A stretch of DNA of 64,000 nucleotides, from assembly GCA_965214095.1 (NCBI GenBank), contig OZ243938.1, positions 4,896,001 to 4,960,000 on the forward strand, read 5' to 3'. Source of the DNA: Candidatus Poribacteria bacterium (GTDB lineage: Bacteria > Poribacteria > WGA-4E > WGA-3G). The notes beneath the pieces were generated by a model. The model saw only the letters and a list, made by a program, of their open reading frames with translations. It did not search any database and had not been told where the DNA came from. Position numbers and translations under genes: made by a program. Shown here in pieces: positions 8,941-19,840 of this stretch; the stretch's first letter is position 1, and each line of letters starts with the position of its first letter.

Positions 8941-10062
8941 ATGCATTCACACATCTATGATGTCATCGTGATCGGCGCAGGTGGCATGGGAAGTGCAACC
9001 GCATATCACCTTGCCAAGTCTGGTGCAAAGGTACTTGTATTAGAGCAGTTCAATCGTAGACATACTTATGGTAGTTCACACGGTGAAACACGTATCATCC
9101 GATTCTTCTACGACAAACCTTTCTACACAGAATTGATGAAAACCGCATACACCGAATGGCGATCGCTTGAATCAGAATCTGGCAAGCAACTACTATATAT
9201 TACAGGTAGTGTCAATCTTGGGACAAAAGGGAATAAGTATACTACAGCCGTAAGTAAAAGCTTAGATGAAGCAGGAGTCAACTATGAGTGGTGGCATACA
9301 AAAGAATTGACGAAACGATTTCCACAATTCTGTGTTCCAGACAATTATGATATTCTCTGGCAAAAGGACACAGGTTTTCTCTATGCTTCTGAATGTGTGT
9401 TAACCCATTTGGCATTAGCAGAACGACACGGTGCAATTGTACGTGAAAACACACCTGTGAAGAGGATTGATTGGCAAACAGATGCGCCAACCATACATAC
9501 TGAAAAGGATAAATATTTTGGCAGAAAGGTTGTCTTGACTGCAGGTGCGTGGACTTATTCTCTCCTATCAGAACTTAACCTTCCACTTACAGTGACAAAG
9601 CAGCAGGTGTGTTATTTCAAACCCACTAATACAACACTGTTTCAACCTAACAATTATCCTGTCTTCACAGAAATTACAGCAGATGATGAATTTATATATG
9701 GGATGCCATATTTCGGAAAGAACGGAGCAAAGGTGGCACGGCATGGATTAGGAAAGCCCTTTTTACCTGATATGTTTGAACGAGAACCTGATGAAGATTA
9801 TGACAAACACATAAATGATTATGTGCAAGAACGTATCCCAAGTCTCGGTAAAGCAACCCATTCTGAAGTATGTCTATATACCGAAACACCAGACGAAGAT
9901 TTCATAATTGACGCACATCCTGATTGTCCAAATGTTCTGATCGCAGCAGGGTTTTCAGGACACGGATTTAAGTTCTGTTCTCTTGTGGGTAGGATTATGT
10001 GTGAGTTGGCATTGACTGGCAAAACCGAGTTTGACATCAACCCATTCCGTATTCATCGCTAA
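8941..10062 (+). CDS. solA: N-methyl-L-tryptophan/monomeric sarcosine oxidase
   Basis: GAGGMGS, GSSHGETRIIR, CLYTETPD, GFSGHGFKF. Confidence 0.85.
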   Translation: MHSHIYDVIVIGAGGMGSATAYHLAKSGAKVLVLEQFNRRHTYGSSHGETRIIRFFYDKPFYTELMKTAYTEWRSLESESGKQLLYITGSVNLGTKGNKYTTAVSKSLDEAGVNYEWWHTKELTKRFPQFCVPDNYDILWQKDTGFLYASECVLTHLALAERHGAIVRENTPVKRIDWQTDAPTIHTEKDKYFGRKVVLTAGAWTYSLLSELNLPLTVTKQQVCYFKPTNTTLFQPNNYPVFTEITADDEFIYGMPYFGKNGAKVARHGLGKPFLPDMFEREPDEDYDKHINDYVQERIPSLGKATHSEVCLYTETPDEDFIIDAHPDCPNVLIAAGFSGHGFKFCSLVGRIMCELALTGKTEFDINPFRIHR

Positions 10063-10081
10063 ACTATATACGAGATATCTA

Positions 10082-12154
10082 CTATTTCAGACCGGGAATT
10101 TTTGATTTAAGTTCATTAATCTGATCGCGTAACGACGCTGCAAGTTCAAATTCAAGGTCTATTGCAGCCTTGTGCATCTGGCGGGTTAGATCATCAATTC
10201 TCGCTATAATATCTTCTTCATTTGTTTCTTCTACTACAGCTACTGGGGCAATATCTTCGGGTTTACTCGTAATGTATTCCTCCGTAGATTCAGAGATGAG
10301 TTGTTCAATCGCTTTCTGAATTGTAACAGGAGTAATATCATTTTCCTCGTTATATTTCAATTGTATGTCGCGTCTACGTTGTGTTTCTGCCATCGCATCT
10401 GCCATTGCTTCAGTGACAGTATCACCATATAACAGCACTTCTCCATCAACATTTCGCGCAGCACGACCCGATGTCTGAACCAATGATGTGACTGACCTAA
10501 GGAAACCGGGACGATCAGCATCCAATATCGCCACGAGAGAGACTTCAGGAAGGTCAAGTCCTTCACGTAGTAGGTTGATACCGATAAGAACATCAAATTC
10601 ACCTTCACGAAGTTGACGTAATATACGGGCACGGTCAAATACATCTATCTCAGAATGCAAGTAGTTTGCACGGATACCTGCCTCAATAAAATACTCACTT
10701 AAGTCCTCTGCCATCCGTTTGGTAAGCGTTGTAACAAGTACACGCTGTTTCTGCTTCACACGTTCATGTATCTTACCGATAAGATGGTCAATCTGTCCAC
10801 TGACAGGATGTACAGAAATTTGAGGATCAATCAGTCCTGTCGGACGTATGATCTGTTCTACGATTTGTCCACCACCTTTTTCCTCAATCTCATATTTACC
10901 GGGTGTGGCAGATACAAATATAACCTGATCCCAATAGGCTTCTACCTCTTCAAACTTGAGTGGTCGGTTGTCTAATGCTGAGGGTAAACGGAAACCGTGC
11001 TCTACGAGTGTTGTTTTTCTCGCACGGTCTCCACGATACATGCCTTTCAATTGTGGAATTGTAACATGAGATTCATCAATGAAAAGTAGAAAATCTTCTG
11101 GAAAGTAATTTAGAAGACAGTACGGGGGTTCACCCTCTTGCAATCCAGATAAGTGGCGTGAGTAATTTTCTATACCAGAGCAGTAACCAACTTCACGTAG
11201 CATTTCCAAATCAAAACGTGTTCGTTGTTCAACGCGTTGTGCTTCTAACAGTTTATTCTCTTTCTCAAAAGTTGCTATACAATCGTGCAACTCAAGTTCA
11301 ATGTTGATAAGTGCTTCTTCAAATATATCAGCATCGGTCATAAAGTGTCTCGCGGGATATATTTCAAGAGTGTTCTGTTTTGTTAAGATTTCGCCTGTGG
11401 TAGTATCAATTTCACAAATTCTATCTACTTCATCACCAAAAAGTTCAATACGGAATGCGCTTTCACTATAAGCGGGAAACACCTCAATAACATCACCACG
11501 CACACGGAATGTCCCTTGCCAAAAATCCACATCGTTGCGAACATACTGAATAGATACCAAATCGCGCAGGAATTCATCGCGCCGAATCATCTTTCCGATT
11601 TCCAAATCAATTTTCTGACCTTCAAATTCGCGGGGTGAACCCAAACCATATATACATGAAACACTCGCAACAATCACAACATCACGTCGTGACATCAATG
11701 AAGCAGTAGATGCAAGTCGCATCCGAGTAATCTCCTCATTTATGCGAACATCTTTCTCTATAAACGTATCAGTAGATGGGATGTATGCTTCAGGTTGGTA
11801 GTACTCATAATCACTAACGAAATAGTGGACGGCGTTATGCGGAAAAAAGGATTTAAACTCATTATAGAGTTGGGCAGATAAGGTTTTGTTTGGAGAGATG
11901 ACGAGTGTGGGACGTTGCACATTTTGAATGACATTTGCCATCGTATACGTCTTACCAGACCCCGTCACACCGAGTAGTGTTTGCACTCTATCTCTACGTA
12001 AAATACCATTTGTCAATTTCTCTATCGCTGCAGGTTGATCGCCTTCTGGATCAAAATCGGAGACTAACTCAAACGGTTCTGTAGGAATCTCTGGGTTTAT
12101 ATTAATTGGAGATATTGAGGGACGTGCGTCAAAGTGTTCTCTCATTTTTGTCAA
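10082..12154 (-). CDS. uvrB: Excinuclease ABC subunit B
   Basis: GDQP, GVTGSGKT, YYQPEAY, DESH, GRAARN and C-terminal UVR domain. Confidence 0.98.
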   Translation of the reverse strand: MTKMREHFDARPSISPININPEIPTEPFELVSDFDPEGDQPAAIEKLTNGILRRDRVQTLLGVTGSGKTYTMANVIQNVQRPTLVISPNKTLSAQLYNEFKSFFPHNAVHYFVSDYEYYQPEAYIPSTDTFIEKDVRINEEITRMRLASTASLMSRRDVVIVASVSCIYGLGSPREFEGQKIDLEIGKMIRRDEFLRDLVSIQYVRNDVDFWQGTFRVRGDVIEVFPAYSESAFRIELFGDEVDRICEIDTTTGEILTKQNTLEIYPARHFMTDADIFEEALINIELELHDCIATFEKENKLLEAQRVEQRTRFDLEMLREVGYCSGIENYSRHLSGLQEGEPPYCLLNYFPEDFLLFIDESHVTIPQLKGMYRGDRARKTTLVEHGFRLPSALDNRPLKFEEVEAYWDQVIFVSATPGKYEIEEKGGGQIVEQIIRPTGLIDPQISVHPVSGQIDHLIGKIHERVKQKQRVLVTTLTKRMAEDLSEYFIEAGIRANYLHSEIDVFDRARILRQLREGEFDVLIGINLLREGLDLPEVSLVAILDADRPGFLRSVTSLVQTSGRAARNVDGEVLLYGDTVTEAMADAMAETQRRRDIQLKYNEENDITPVTIQKAIEQLISESTEEYITSKPEDIAPVAVVEETNEEDIIARIDDLTRQMHKAAIDLEFELAASLRDQINELKSKIPGLK

Positions 12155-12445
12155 ACAAATCTATATGGGAACTTGTCAAGTCTGTTGAGATTTAATAATA
12201 GCATCAGTATTGTATTAGTAGTATAGCATGTTATGCATTTTGTTTGTAAGAAAGTATAACTGAATGGGTATCTAAAGTTTTAGGTGAAATATCCCAGTAA
12301 CCATTGTAGTACCAAAAACTTTACACATCCGCTGAATGTGAAGTAGTATGGAAAATAAAGCTGATTAACACAATCTCTGCAATGCCTGGCCGATTCTCGT
12401 TTATGAATGATTGGTTTTCTATGTGGTATGCTCAGTTGACTGACA

Positions 12446-14641
12446 TTAATCAAAGACCCGTCGTATCAAAGATGAAAATGATATACCGCTTCCATCAACA
12501 AGTTGCGTATACATATATGTTCTGTTTCCATATCCATCAATGACACGTAGGTTAATGAGATTGTCTGCATATTTTGGATAATCAAATTCAACTGTTTTCT
12601 TCTTCTCACCATTCAATGTTAAGGCATCATGCAGAACATCATTTTTACCTCTATAGTTTTTATCCCATTCTTTTTGGTTTTCAACTGGATCCGGATACCT
12701 CTTAAAACCAGCAGGAGGACTTTCGCTCATTGGTTTTACCAATAAACGAACCTGTCTAATTCCATCAGCATCTTCAATCTTAAATCTGACTTTTCCTTTT
12801 GAATTTGAAAGTCTTTGAATTGATGTCTTAACATCATAGAATGTCCTATTAGCATTAAAATATTGGCTACAATTTAACCATGCAGCACTACTCTTGGATA
12901 ATTGCTTAGATTCTTCACTGTATGACATAAGATATGAAGGACTCCGATAATCGCGGTTTAATCCTATTGCTTCTCCAAACTTAGCTGCTATCTTATGCAC
13001 CGAATATTTGTTGAGTGGTGTCCGAACAACAATATTTCCGCCATATTCTCTAATTATATTATCCTTTACGAGTAGTTCCATTTCTCTTATCACTCGTTCC
13101 ATATCTCGTATGTTTTTACTAATATTTTCCACATCTGAAACTGTATATTTATTTTTATCTGATTTCTTTTCTATTTTTTCATCCATGATGACAAAATAAA
13201 AATTGTGGGTTAAATCAAAATGCTCTTGAATTTCCTTTTTCACTCTTGCTGTGGTGAATACATCATAGTAGTCATCAGCTGTTTTACCTTCAAATAAGTA
13301 TACTTTTGCAGATTCATTACTATTTTTTTCATATTTGAATGACTTTCGTCCATATCCGTGTCGTTCCATTTCATCTGCAAAATATGTCTGAAGGTCACTT
13401 AATAGTATATCAATTTTCTCTGGTATCTCTGCTTGTGGCAGACGGTTAGTAGGCAGAAAGTAAATAGGAATAACAGCATTTTGTATTGTTTCTTGTTTAG
13501 TAGGCAAATAGTCATCTATATTCCAGACTCGAATCACACCGTCATTACCGCCACCAGCGACAAACCGACCATCAGCAGATACATCAACACACTTCACCCA
13601 ATCGGAATGTCCTTTAATTGAAGTTATATGTTCACCATTTTCAACGGACCAAAATTCAATTTCGTTGCTACCTGCACTGATAATGACTTTGCCATCTGGA
13701 GTAAAAGCAAAATCATAGACATTTCCAGCTGGAATCGTGTTATAGTCTTGCCAACCAGGTGGATTGTACAATCTTATATCTCCTTTATTATCTGCAATTG
13801 CAAGGATAGGATTCTTCGGATCAGCTGAAAACTGTAGAGCATCAATCTTTCCAAACTTTCTATCTATAGAATTTTGTCTATCTAACAAAGATATAGAGGT
13901 AGTATTGATGACTTGATTACCATTAATCTCACGGATATTAACGCTGTAATTTATTGAATCTATAGTTGCCAATAACCTGCCATTTGGAGAAAATGTATGA
14001 TCTTTTTGAACAGTATTCCCTCTCAACTTAAAGAATTCTACAGGATTTGTTGGCTTACTTACATCCCATAATTCCAAACTTGGAGTTTCAATTGCTATGT
14101 GATTTCCATTTGGTGAATAAACCACCTTAAATCCCAGAACAGGTATTGAACTGATTAATGATACATCGGCAATATTCCATAACTTAACATTCGCTTCAAT
14201 ATCAACTAAATCTGAGATTGCAAGTATAGTCCCATCAGGTGAAAATGAAGCTGAACTACCACTAAATTCTGCTAAGGGTGTACCCGGATTATTGATATCC
14301 CACAGTTTGATTTTCTTTTCAGTGTTCATGTCATGGGTTCTACTTACTAATAAACTGGAGTTTGTCGGTGAAAATTCGACAGTTTGTGGGGTGCCTCCTT
14401 GAATCAATTCAGCGATAATTTCAGGTTTTTCCGAAACAACTGCATACTTCTGTCTAATATCATCTGGTATCTTTTCAGTTCTGGGAATATCTGGTGGAGG
14501 ACTATCGTTTCTTGATGAGAACCTGTCTATCAATTGTTTTCTGTCTTCCTCTTGCTGAATTATATCTATAATTATGTAGACAAATCCAAATAGGATGACA
14601 CACCCGACCAACAAAAGCGAAATGAAAACCTTGAATTTCAT
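12446..14641 (-). CDS. Membrane-anchored WD40 protein with a degenerate zincin-like C-terminal domain
   Basis: N-terminal TM, multiple FSPxG/WD repeats, then FADEMERHGYG...YLMSY domain. Confidence 0.8.
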   Translation of the reverse strand: MKFKVFISLLLVGCVILFGFVYIIIDIIQQEEDRKQLIDRFSSRNDSPPPDIPRTEKIPDDIRQKYAVVSEKPEIIAELIQGGTPQTVEFSPTNSSLLVSRTHDMNTEKKIKLWDINNPGTPLAEFSGSSASFSPDGTILAISDLVDIEANVKLWNIADVSLISSIPVLGFKVVYSPNGNHIAIETPSLELWDVSKPTNPVEFFKLRGNTVQKDHTFSPNGRLLATIDSINYSVNIREINGNQVINTTSISLLDRQNSIDRKFGKIDALQFSADPKNPILAIADNKGDIRLYNPPGWQDYNTIPAGNVYDFAFTPDGKVIISAGSNEIEFWSVENGEHITSIKGHSDWVKCVDVSADGRFVAGGGNDGVIRVWNIDDYLPTKQETIQNAVIPIYFLPTNRLPQAEIPEKIDILLSDLQTYFADEMERHGYGRKSFKYEKNSNESAKVYLFEGKTADDYYDVFTTARVKKEIQEHFDLTHNFYFVIMDEKIEKKSDKNKYTVSDVENISKNIRDMERVIREMELLVKDNIIREYGGNIVVRTPLNKYSVHKIAAKFGEAIGLNRDYRSPSYLMSYSEESKQLSKSSAAWLNCSQYFNANRTFYDVKTSIQRLSNSKGKVRFKIEDADGIRQVRLLVKPMSESPPAGFKRYPDPVENQKEWDKNYRGKNDVLHDALTLNGEKKKTVEFDYPKYADNLINLRVIDGYGNRTYMYTQLVDGSGISFSSLIRRVFD

Positions 14642-14702
14642 AATGATAACCTTGGCTATATAAGGGTATGGTCGGCTTATGATTTGACTTTGTAATTAAG
14701 GT

Positions 14703-17210
14703 CTAATGCTGATCACATATTTTGGTAGGTGCTTGTCCTTCAAGAAAGGGTTCGTTGCTAATGTTTTCAGGTGGACATTTGTCTTTATTACGTAGTAAAC
14801 CTGTGATTTTGTCAATTTCCCAGAACTCAATTCCTTCAGGCACAGTAAATGGTTTCTCAGGTCCTCTTGAAGCATCTTTCATAAACCGTGCCCAAATCGG
14901 TAGTGCTGCCTTAGCACCTTCTTCATTATAGTTGTGTCTATTACGTCTATACACATCAAAGCCTACCCAAACACCAACAACCAAATCCGTACTATACCCA
15001 ACAAACCAAGCGTCCACATTTTTATTTGTTGTTCCTGTCTTACCTGCAATTGGACGAGTAATCATATAATCAAAACTTGATGAAATAGCTCTACGACCTG
15101 TTCCATGTTTTATCACACTTTCTAAAAAAGTATGTATTTGATATGCAACTCTTTCATCTAAAACTCGTGTGCGATCTGGTTGAAATTCATAAACAGGTTT
15201 TCCATCAGCGTCCACGATATACTTGATGTAACTTGGCTCAACAAGCATACCACGATTTGCAAAGACGCCATACGCTGCAGTTAATTCAAGCACGGTCATA
15301 CCTGATGCACCTAAAGTCAGTGCTGGCGTCGGTTGCATAGGACTTTCTATACCCATTCTTTTCGTTAAATTGACAATCCTATCAATACCTTCCCATAAAC
15401 CTTTGTCATTCACTGGCGTATTTAATGCTGCCTTTGCTGTCGGAACATTGATTGATTTCTTTATAACCTCTCGAACCGTAAGAGGTCCTTTAAAGGTTCT
15501 ACTATAATTCCTGGGATGCCATTTTTTCTGACCGGGAGCAGGAACGATACCCCAAATGTCATCAATTAGAATCGTTGCAGGAGTAACAATCGATGGTTCT
15601 TCCATCAATGCAGCGAAGACAATAGGCTTAAACGCGGAACCCGGTTGTCTCCGAGCAGGATCTCTCTTGTTTCCAACAGTTCTATTGAAAAAATTTATGT
15701 CAGATTCATTATTCCTTTTTTCTTCATTTATCTTATAATCTCGTCCTCCAACCATTGCCTTCACTGCACCAGAATGTGGGTCAAACGCTATAAAACCTGC
15801 TTGTAAATAACTTTTTATAGGATCTATCCTATTAGCTTTTACTTTGTTCGCATCGTAATTTGGTAATCTACTAAACTTGTCTAATTCTCGTAAGTGATTT
15901 CCAACAGCTTTCGTAGCAACTGATTGCATAGACATGTCAATAGTCGTGTAAACCTTTAATCCTTCTTTATACAGACTCGATTGAAGTTCAGGTATTTTAT
16001 CAAGTTCTGACTTTATATGATTGATAAAGTGACCTGCTAAATCCCGATTATTATTTAGAATTGACGATTCCGGTTGATTCACTCCCAAAGGTTGATTCCG
16101 ACTATGTTCATATTCCTTTTGTGTTATAAAACCTTGTGTATACATTGCTTTGAGGACAACATTACGCCGAGAGATAGCATTCTTAGGATTTCTTATTGGA
16201 GAAAATTGTGTTGTTCCCTTTGGTAAGGCAGCAAGCAATGCACATTCATGAAAATCAAGCTCAGATACTTCCTTCCCAAAGAATTCCATAGCAGCTTTTT
16301 GTATGCCGAATAGTTGACGACGATTGAACCGTCCAAAGTCAATGAAATTGAGATATGCTTCTAAAATTTGATCCTTTGACAACGACTTTTCAATTCTGAA
16401 TGCCAACAATATTTCACGAGTTTTTCTCGCAGGTGTGCGTTCATCTCCCAGATAGACGTTCCGTGTTAGCTGCTGCGTTAACGTACTGGTTCCACTGACA
16501 CGATCCCCACCTTGTAAAGAATATACAATCGCTCCAGCGAGTCGAATAATGTCAATTCCAGAATGCTGATAGAACCTTCTGTCTTCAATTGCAATAAACG
16601 CATCCTTCAATTTATTTGGCATTTCACCAAGCGGAATGATTCTTCGGGTAGTACCTCCCTCATCAGCAGCAAATTCATCAAGGAGTTCCGGTTCAAGATA
16701 GAATTCTCTTATTGAAATACCGTCCACATTCCTTATAGCTTCAATCTTACCACTCTTTATTCTTAACGTTATTCGTTTTGGTTCTGTTTCTTCTTTCATT
16801 AGAGGGTAATCAAACTGTCGTGTGAACAATTGAATTGTTCCATTCTGTTTATGTGTTTCTCCACTTAATTGCACCAGAAATTGTCCTTGATCGTTGATAC
16901 CACTTGCATCTGGTGCCACTTTTTCGTAATCTAATCGTTCTAACTTATCTACCAGAAAATCTGCCGTATCTTTCAACTGCACTTCACAAATTGAGGAATA
17001 TACCTCAAGATGTTGTCTCCAAGTGTGTGCGTCCTGCTTGTATTCTAATTTCTGTAAATTGAGAGATGCCACATCCTCCCAACATCCAAGCATAAAACCA
17101 CCTGCCACACCTATTCCAAAGCAGATGACAAAAAAGATAATAATGACTGGGACAAATGTAACACTTAATAATACATTGAGTGTATGTGATAGGAAATTTC
17201 GTATATTCAT
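14703..17210 (-). CDS. Class A penicillin-binding protein (PBP1A/1B)
   Basis: EDRRFYQHSG, STLTQQL, RK..E; RQPGSAFKP, SIN, KTGT. Start set at ATG 17210 because the longer ORF runs through a REP element. Confidence 0.93.
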   Translation of the reverse strand: MNIRNFLSHTLNVLLSVTFVPVIIIFFVICFGIGVAGGFMLGCWEDVASLNLQKLEYKQDAHTWRQHLEVYSSICEVQLKDTADFLVDKLERLDYEKVAPDASGINDQGQFLVQLSGETHKQNGTIQLFTRQFDYPLMKEETEPKRITLRIKSGKIEAIRNVDGISIREFYLEPELLDEFAADEGGTTRRIIPLGEMPNKLKDAFIAIEDRRFYQHSGIDIIRLAGAIVYSLQGGDRVSGTSTLTQQLTRNVYLGDERTPARKTREILLAFRIEKSLSKDQILEAYLNFIDFGRFNRRQLFGIQKAAMEFFGKEVSELDFHECALLAALPKGTTQFSPIRNPKNAISRRNVVLKAMYTQGFITQKEYEHSRNQPLGVNQPESSILNNNRDLAGHFINHIKSELDKIPELQSSLYKEGLKVYTTIDMSMQSVATKAVGNHLRELDKFSRLPNYDANKVKANRIDPIKSYLQAGFIAFDPHSGAVKAMVGGRDYKINEEKRNNESDINFFNRTVGNKRDPARRQPGSAFKPIVFAALMEEPSIVTPATILIDDIWGIVPAPGQKKWHPRNYSRTFKGPLTVREVIKKSINVPTAKAALNTPVNDKGLWEGIDRIVNLTKRMGIESPMQPTPALTLGASGMTVLELTAAYGVFANRGMLVEPSYIKYIVDADGKPVYEFQPDRTRVLDERVAYQIHTFLESVIKHGTGRRAISSSFDYMITRPIAGKTGTTNKNVDAWFVGYSTDLVVGVWVGFDVYRRNRHNYNEEGAKAALPIWARFMKDASRGPEKPFTVPEGIEFWEIDKITGLLRNKDKCPPENISNEPFLEGQAPTKICDQH

Positions 17211-17220
17211 AACTAAATAA

Positions 17221-17350
17221 TTCTGCCTACACCAATCTTGTAGGTCGGGTAGAGGAACGAAACCCGACATGCACCCATTTATCATCAACAAAGGCGGGTG
17301 TCGTGCCTCCACCCGACGAACAATGTCCGAATGGACACTCCAATAGACTA
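17221..17350. repeat. REPIN-like element
   Basis: GTAGGTCGGGTAGAGGAACGAAACCCGAC plus a degenerate inverted partner; homologous to 8789-8920. Confidence 0.8.
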
Positions 17351-17968
17351 AGGTGTGCGATCTATATTTGTCTTTCTGACTCTTTTTATTAGACAACCAA
17401 TCGCACGCGTTTTTTTCTGCTTATCTGGGACTGTTTTACCTTCTAATACCAGATCCAGATTAGACCGTAAATGTTGCGTCTTAGGATCTTGTCGGCTATC
17501 GTCAATCGCACCTCGATATCTGAGTATCTTCTTAGAATCTATGAGAAAGACTTCTGGAGTTCTGCGTGCATTAAAATAGTCTGCTATAACATTGTCAGTA
17601 TCCTTGAGTATTGTGAACGCAAACTTATGTTTTTTTGTATACTCTTTTATTTCCTCTATCTTTTCATGTTTATTTGAATGGATTCCGACTATCTGAACAG
17701 CTTTCTCCTTGTAAACATTATATAAAGTATTGATACGGACAACATAATCATCTACTACTGGACACTGTGTTGCCAAGAATATGAGTAAAATTGCCTTCTT
17801 CTCTTCACACAACTTTTCAAATGAATGCAGTTTGTCTTCTGTATCTTTAAGACTCCAATCTTTGACCTGTTCATCAATTTTGACCGACTCTTTATCTTTT
17901 TCTGATGCAAACGTTAAACAGGTAATAAACATTACAAGTCCTAAAATAGTAATTGACTTCCATATCAT
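17348..17968 (-). CDS. Exported thioredoxin-fold redoxin (AhpC/TSA family)
   Basis: Signal peptide, ATQCPVV, TPEVFLID, YRGAIDD, AIGCLIK. Confidence 0.85.
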   Translation of the reverse strand: MIWKSITILGLVMFITCLTFASEKDKESVKIDEQVKDWSLKDTEDKLHSFEKLCEEKKAILLIFLATQCPVVDDYVVRINTLYNVYKEKAVQIVGIHSNKHEKIEEIKEYTKKHKFAFTILKDTDNVIADYFNARRTPEVFLIDSKKILRYRGAIDDSRQDPKTQHLRSNLDLVLEGKTVPDKQKKTRAIGCLIKRVRKTNIDRTP

Positions 17969-17995
17969 AGCAATTCCTTTGTAAAAAAAACAAAC

Positions 17996-18742
17996 TCACG
18001 TTATTTTTGACAAAAAATCAGTTAATTCATGTAAATGATTGAGTTGGACATCAACAGCAGACAAATCAGGACATTCTTTTTGTTCATTACCAACCATCCA
18101 AGCTGTCCACAATCCGACCCGTTTAGCTCCAACCATATCGGCACTATAACTATCACCTACGTAGATTGCTTCAGATGGAATAACGTCTAAATCTGTTAAG
18201 GCAGCATTGAAAATACGTGGATCAGGTTTTGCTACACCAAAGGCAGTAGAATCAATAATCACATCCAGCAATGGAGTCAGTTGATATTCATCACACCAGC
18301 CCTTTGTATTACCAAAATTATTACTAATTACACCAAGCATATAGTTGCCATATAGTGATTTCAGCCAAGCACGATTACTCGTTAGATTCTCAGTTACACC
18401 ACTGCAAAACCATTCTACATATTCATCTTTCAATTGATCGCTCAACTCAAGACGTTTAAATACCCCCGTTCCAATAGCATCCACTGTTTCACGTAGGCTG
18501 CATTTTGCAGCTTCACGGTTCGCTACTGCCCCCACGGGTAACATTGAACCGTCTTGATAAGACCATTCAACTGATGCATCACCGAATGCAAATTCAGAAA
18601 TTGTTGCACGATCTGCTTTGTCAAATTGATCACGTGTGATTTCAGGATGATGTTTTTGAATAAACTGATATGTTCGTTCCAGCCAATGGGTTCCGTTCGC
18701 ATCTAATGTTCCACCAAAATCAAATATTAATGCTTTTATCAT
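17996..18742 (-). CDS. HAD family hydrolase
   Basis: IFDFGGTL, KPDPRIF, YVGDS..ADM.GAK. Confidence 0.9.
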   Translation of the reverse strand: MIKALIFDFGGTLDANGTHWLERTYQFIQKHHPEITRDQFDKADRATISEFAFGDASVEWSYQDGSMLPVGAVANREAAKCSLRETVDAIGTGVFKRLELSDQLKDEYVEWFCSGVTENLTSNRAWLKSLYGNYMLGVISNNFGNTKGWCDEYQLTPLLDVIIDSTAFGVAKPDPRIFNAALTDLDVIPSEAIYVGDSYSADMVGAKRVGLWTAWMVGNEQKECPDLSAVDVQLNHLHELTDFLSKIT

Positions 18743-18775
18743 ATATTGTATGTCATTCCTTGTATGAATTTATGA

Positions 18776-19840
18776 TCATAATTGCTTTCTGTCGATTAAT
18801 TTATCTCCTAATGCCTCTGTGACTTCAGTTACAGTAATTTCCTGCATGCATAAGTATTGCGCATCTCGTCGATGGCAGGTCCGTTTGTAGCACGGTCGAC
18901 ACTCCACAGGTTTTTCTATGATTGTGTGTCCTTTACTATATGGCTGGTGTCGTACTGGAGACGTAGGCCCGAAAAGTGATACCGTCGGTGTACCGACTGC
19001 CGCAGCAATATGCATAGGACCGCTATCACATGTGAGACAAACATCACACATTTCTAATAACGCACCAAGCTGAAATATATCTGTTTTACCTACAAGATTT
19101 ATCGTTGAATCTGCAAACGTCAACTTCTCCACTATTGACGTTTCGTTTAACGATCCAACCAAGACGATTTTGATATTTGGAATTCTCTTATATGTTTGAT
19201 TTATGACTTCATCAAAATCTTTCACACGCCACTCTTTTGTCCGCCATGTTGTACCTAAATTTATCGCCAAAAGTTTATCATTATCTGTCACACCTTCATT
19301 ATTCAAAATATTCAAAATTGATTGTCGGTCTTCATCAGTATGCCAGAATTCTAAATGTGTTGTGAATTCACAGCCTGTCTTGTCAAAGACATTAGAATAG
19401 TCGTGATTCTTACTCGGAAGTCTATTAACAACATTCAGGTATTTCTCTACCTCATGTAAATCTGTCCTATTCTTGCAAACTGTGGTCAGAAATATGTCGC
19501 GTCCTTTGAACGAGGCACCAATACGAATCGGCACTCGTGCAAAAAAAGGATAAAGTGCATTTCTAAACGATGTATGATGCATCACGACAGCCAAATCAAA
19601 CTTGTATTCACGTATTATCCGAACCATTCTAAAAAATGATTGATACCGATTTTCTGTCTTGGAATCTACAATACAACTATCAACATACGGATTTGTCCTC
19701 ATTAGGTCTGCGACAAGTGGTCGTAACAGTAGAGTCAGACTGGAATCAGGAAATTCTTGTTTCAGCACACGCAAAGATGGCGTGAGAAGGACCATATCAC
19801 CGATCCAAGCTCCCGTATGACAAACAAGTATTCTTTCCAT
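18776..19840 (-). CDS. waaF: Lipopolysaccharide heptosyltransferase II (GT9)
   Basis: WIGDMVL, DSGPMHIAAA, LFGPT, CRPC. Confidence 0.8.
   Translation of the reverse strand: MERILVCHTGAWIGDMVLLTPSLRVLKQEFPDSSLTLLLRPLVADLMRTNPYVDSCIVDSKTENRYQSFFRMVRIIREYKFDLAVVMHHTSFRNALYPFFARVPIRIGASFKGRDIFLTTVCKNRTDLHEVEKYLNVVNRLPSKNHDYSNVFDKTGCEFTTHLEFWHTDEDRQSILNILNNEGVTDNDKLLAINLGTTWRTKEWRVKDFDEVINQTYKRIPNIKIVLVGSLNETSIVEKLTFADSTINLVGKTDIFQLGALLEMCDVCLTCDSGPMHIAAAVGTPTVSLFGPTSPVRHQPYSKGHTIIEKPVECRPCYKRTCHRRDAQYLCMQEITVTEVTEALGDKLIDRKQL

Noticed and set aside
17211-17396. 62-aa N-terminal extension of the PBP
   Set aside because: It translates a REP element and overlaps the upstream gene; ATG 17210 precedes the TM anchor.
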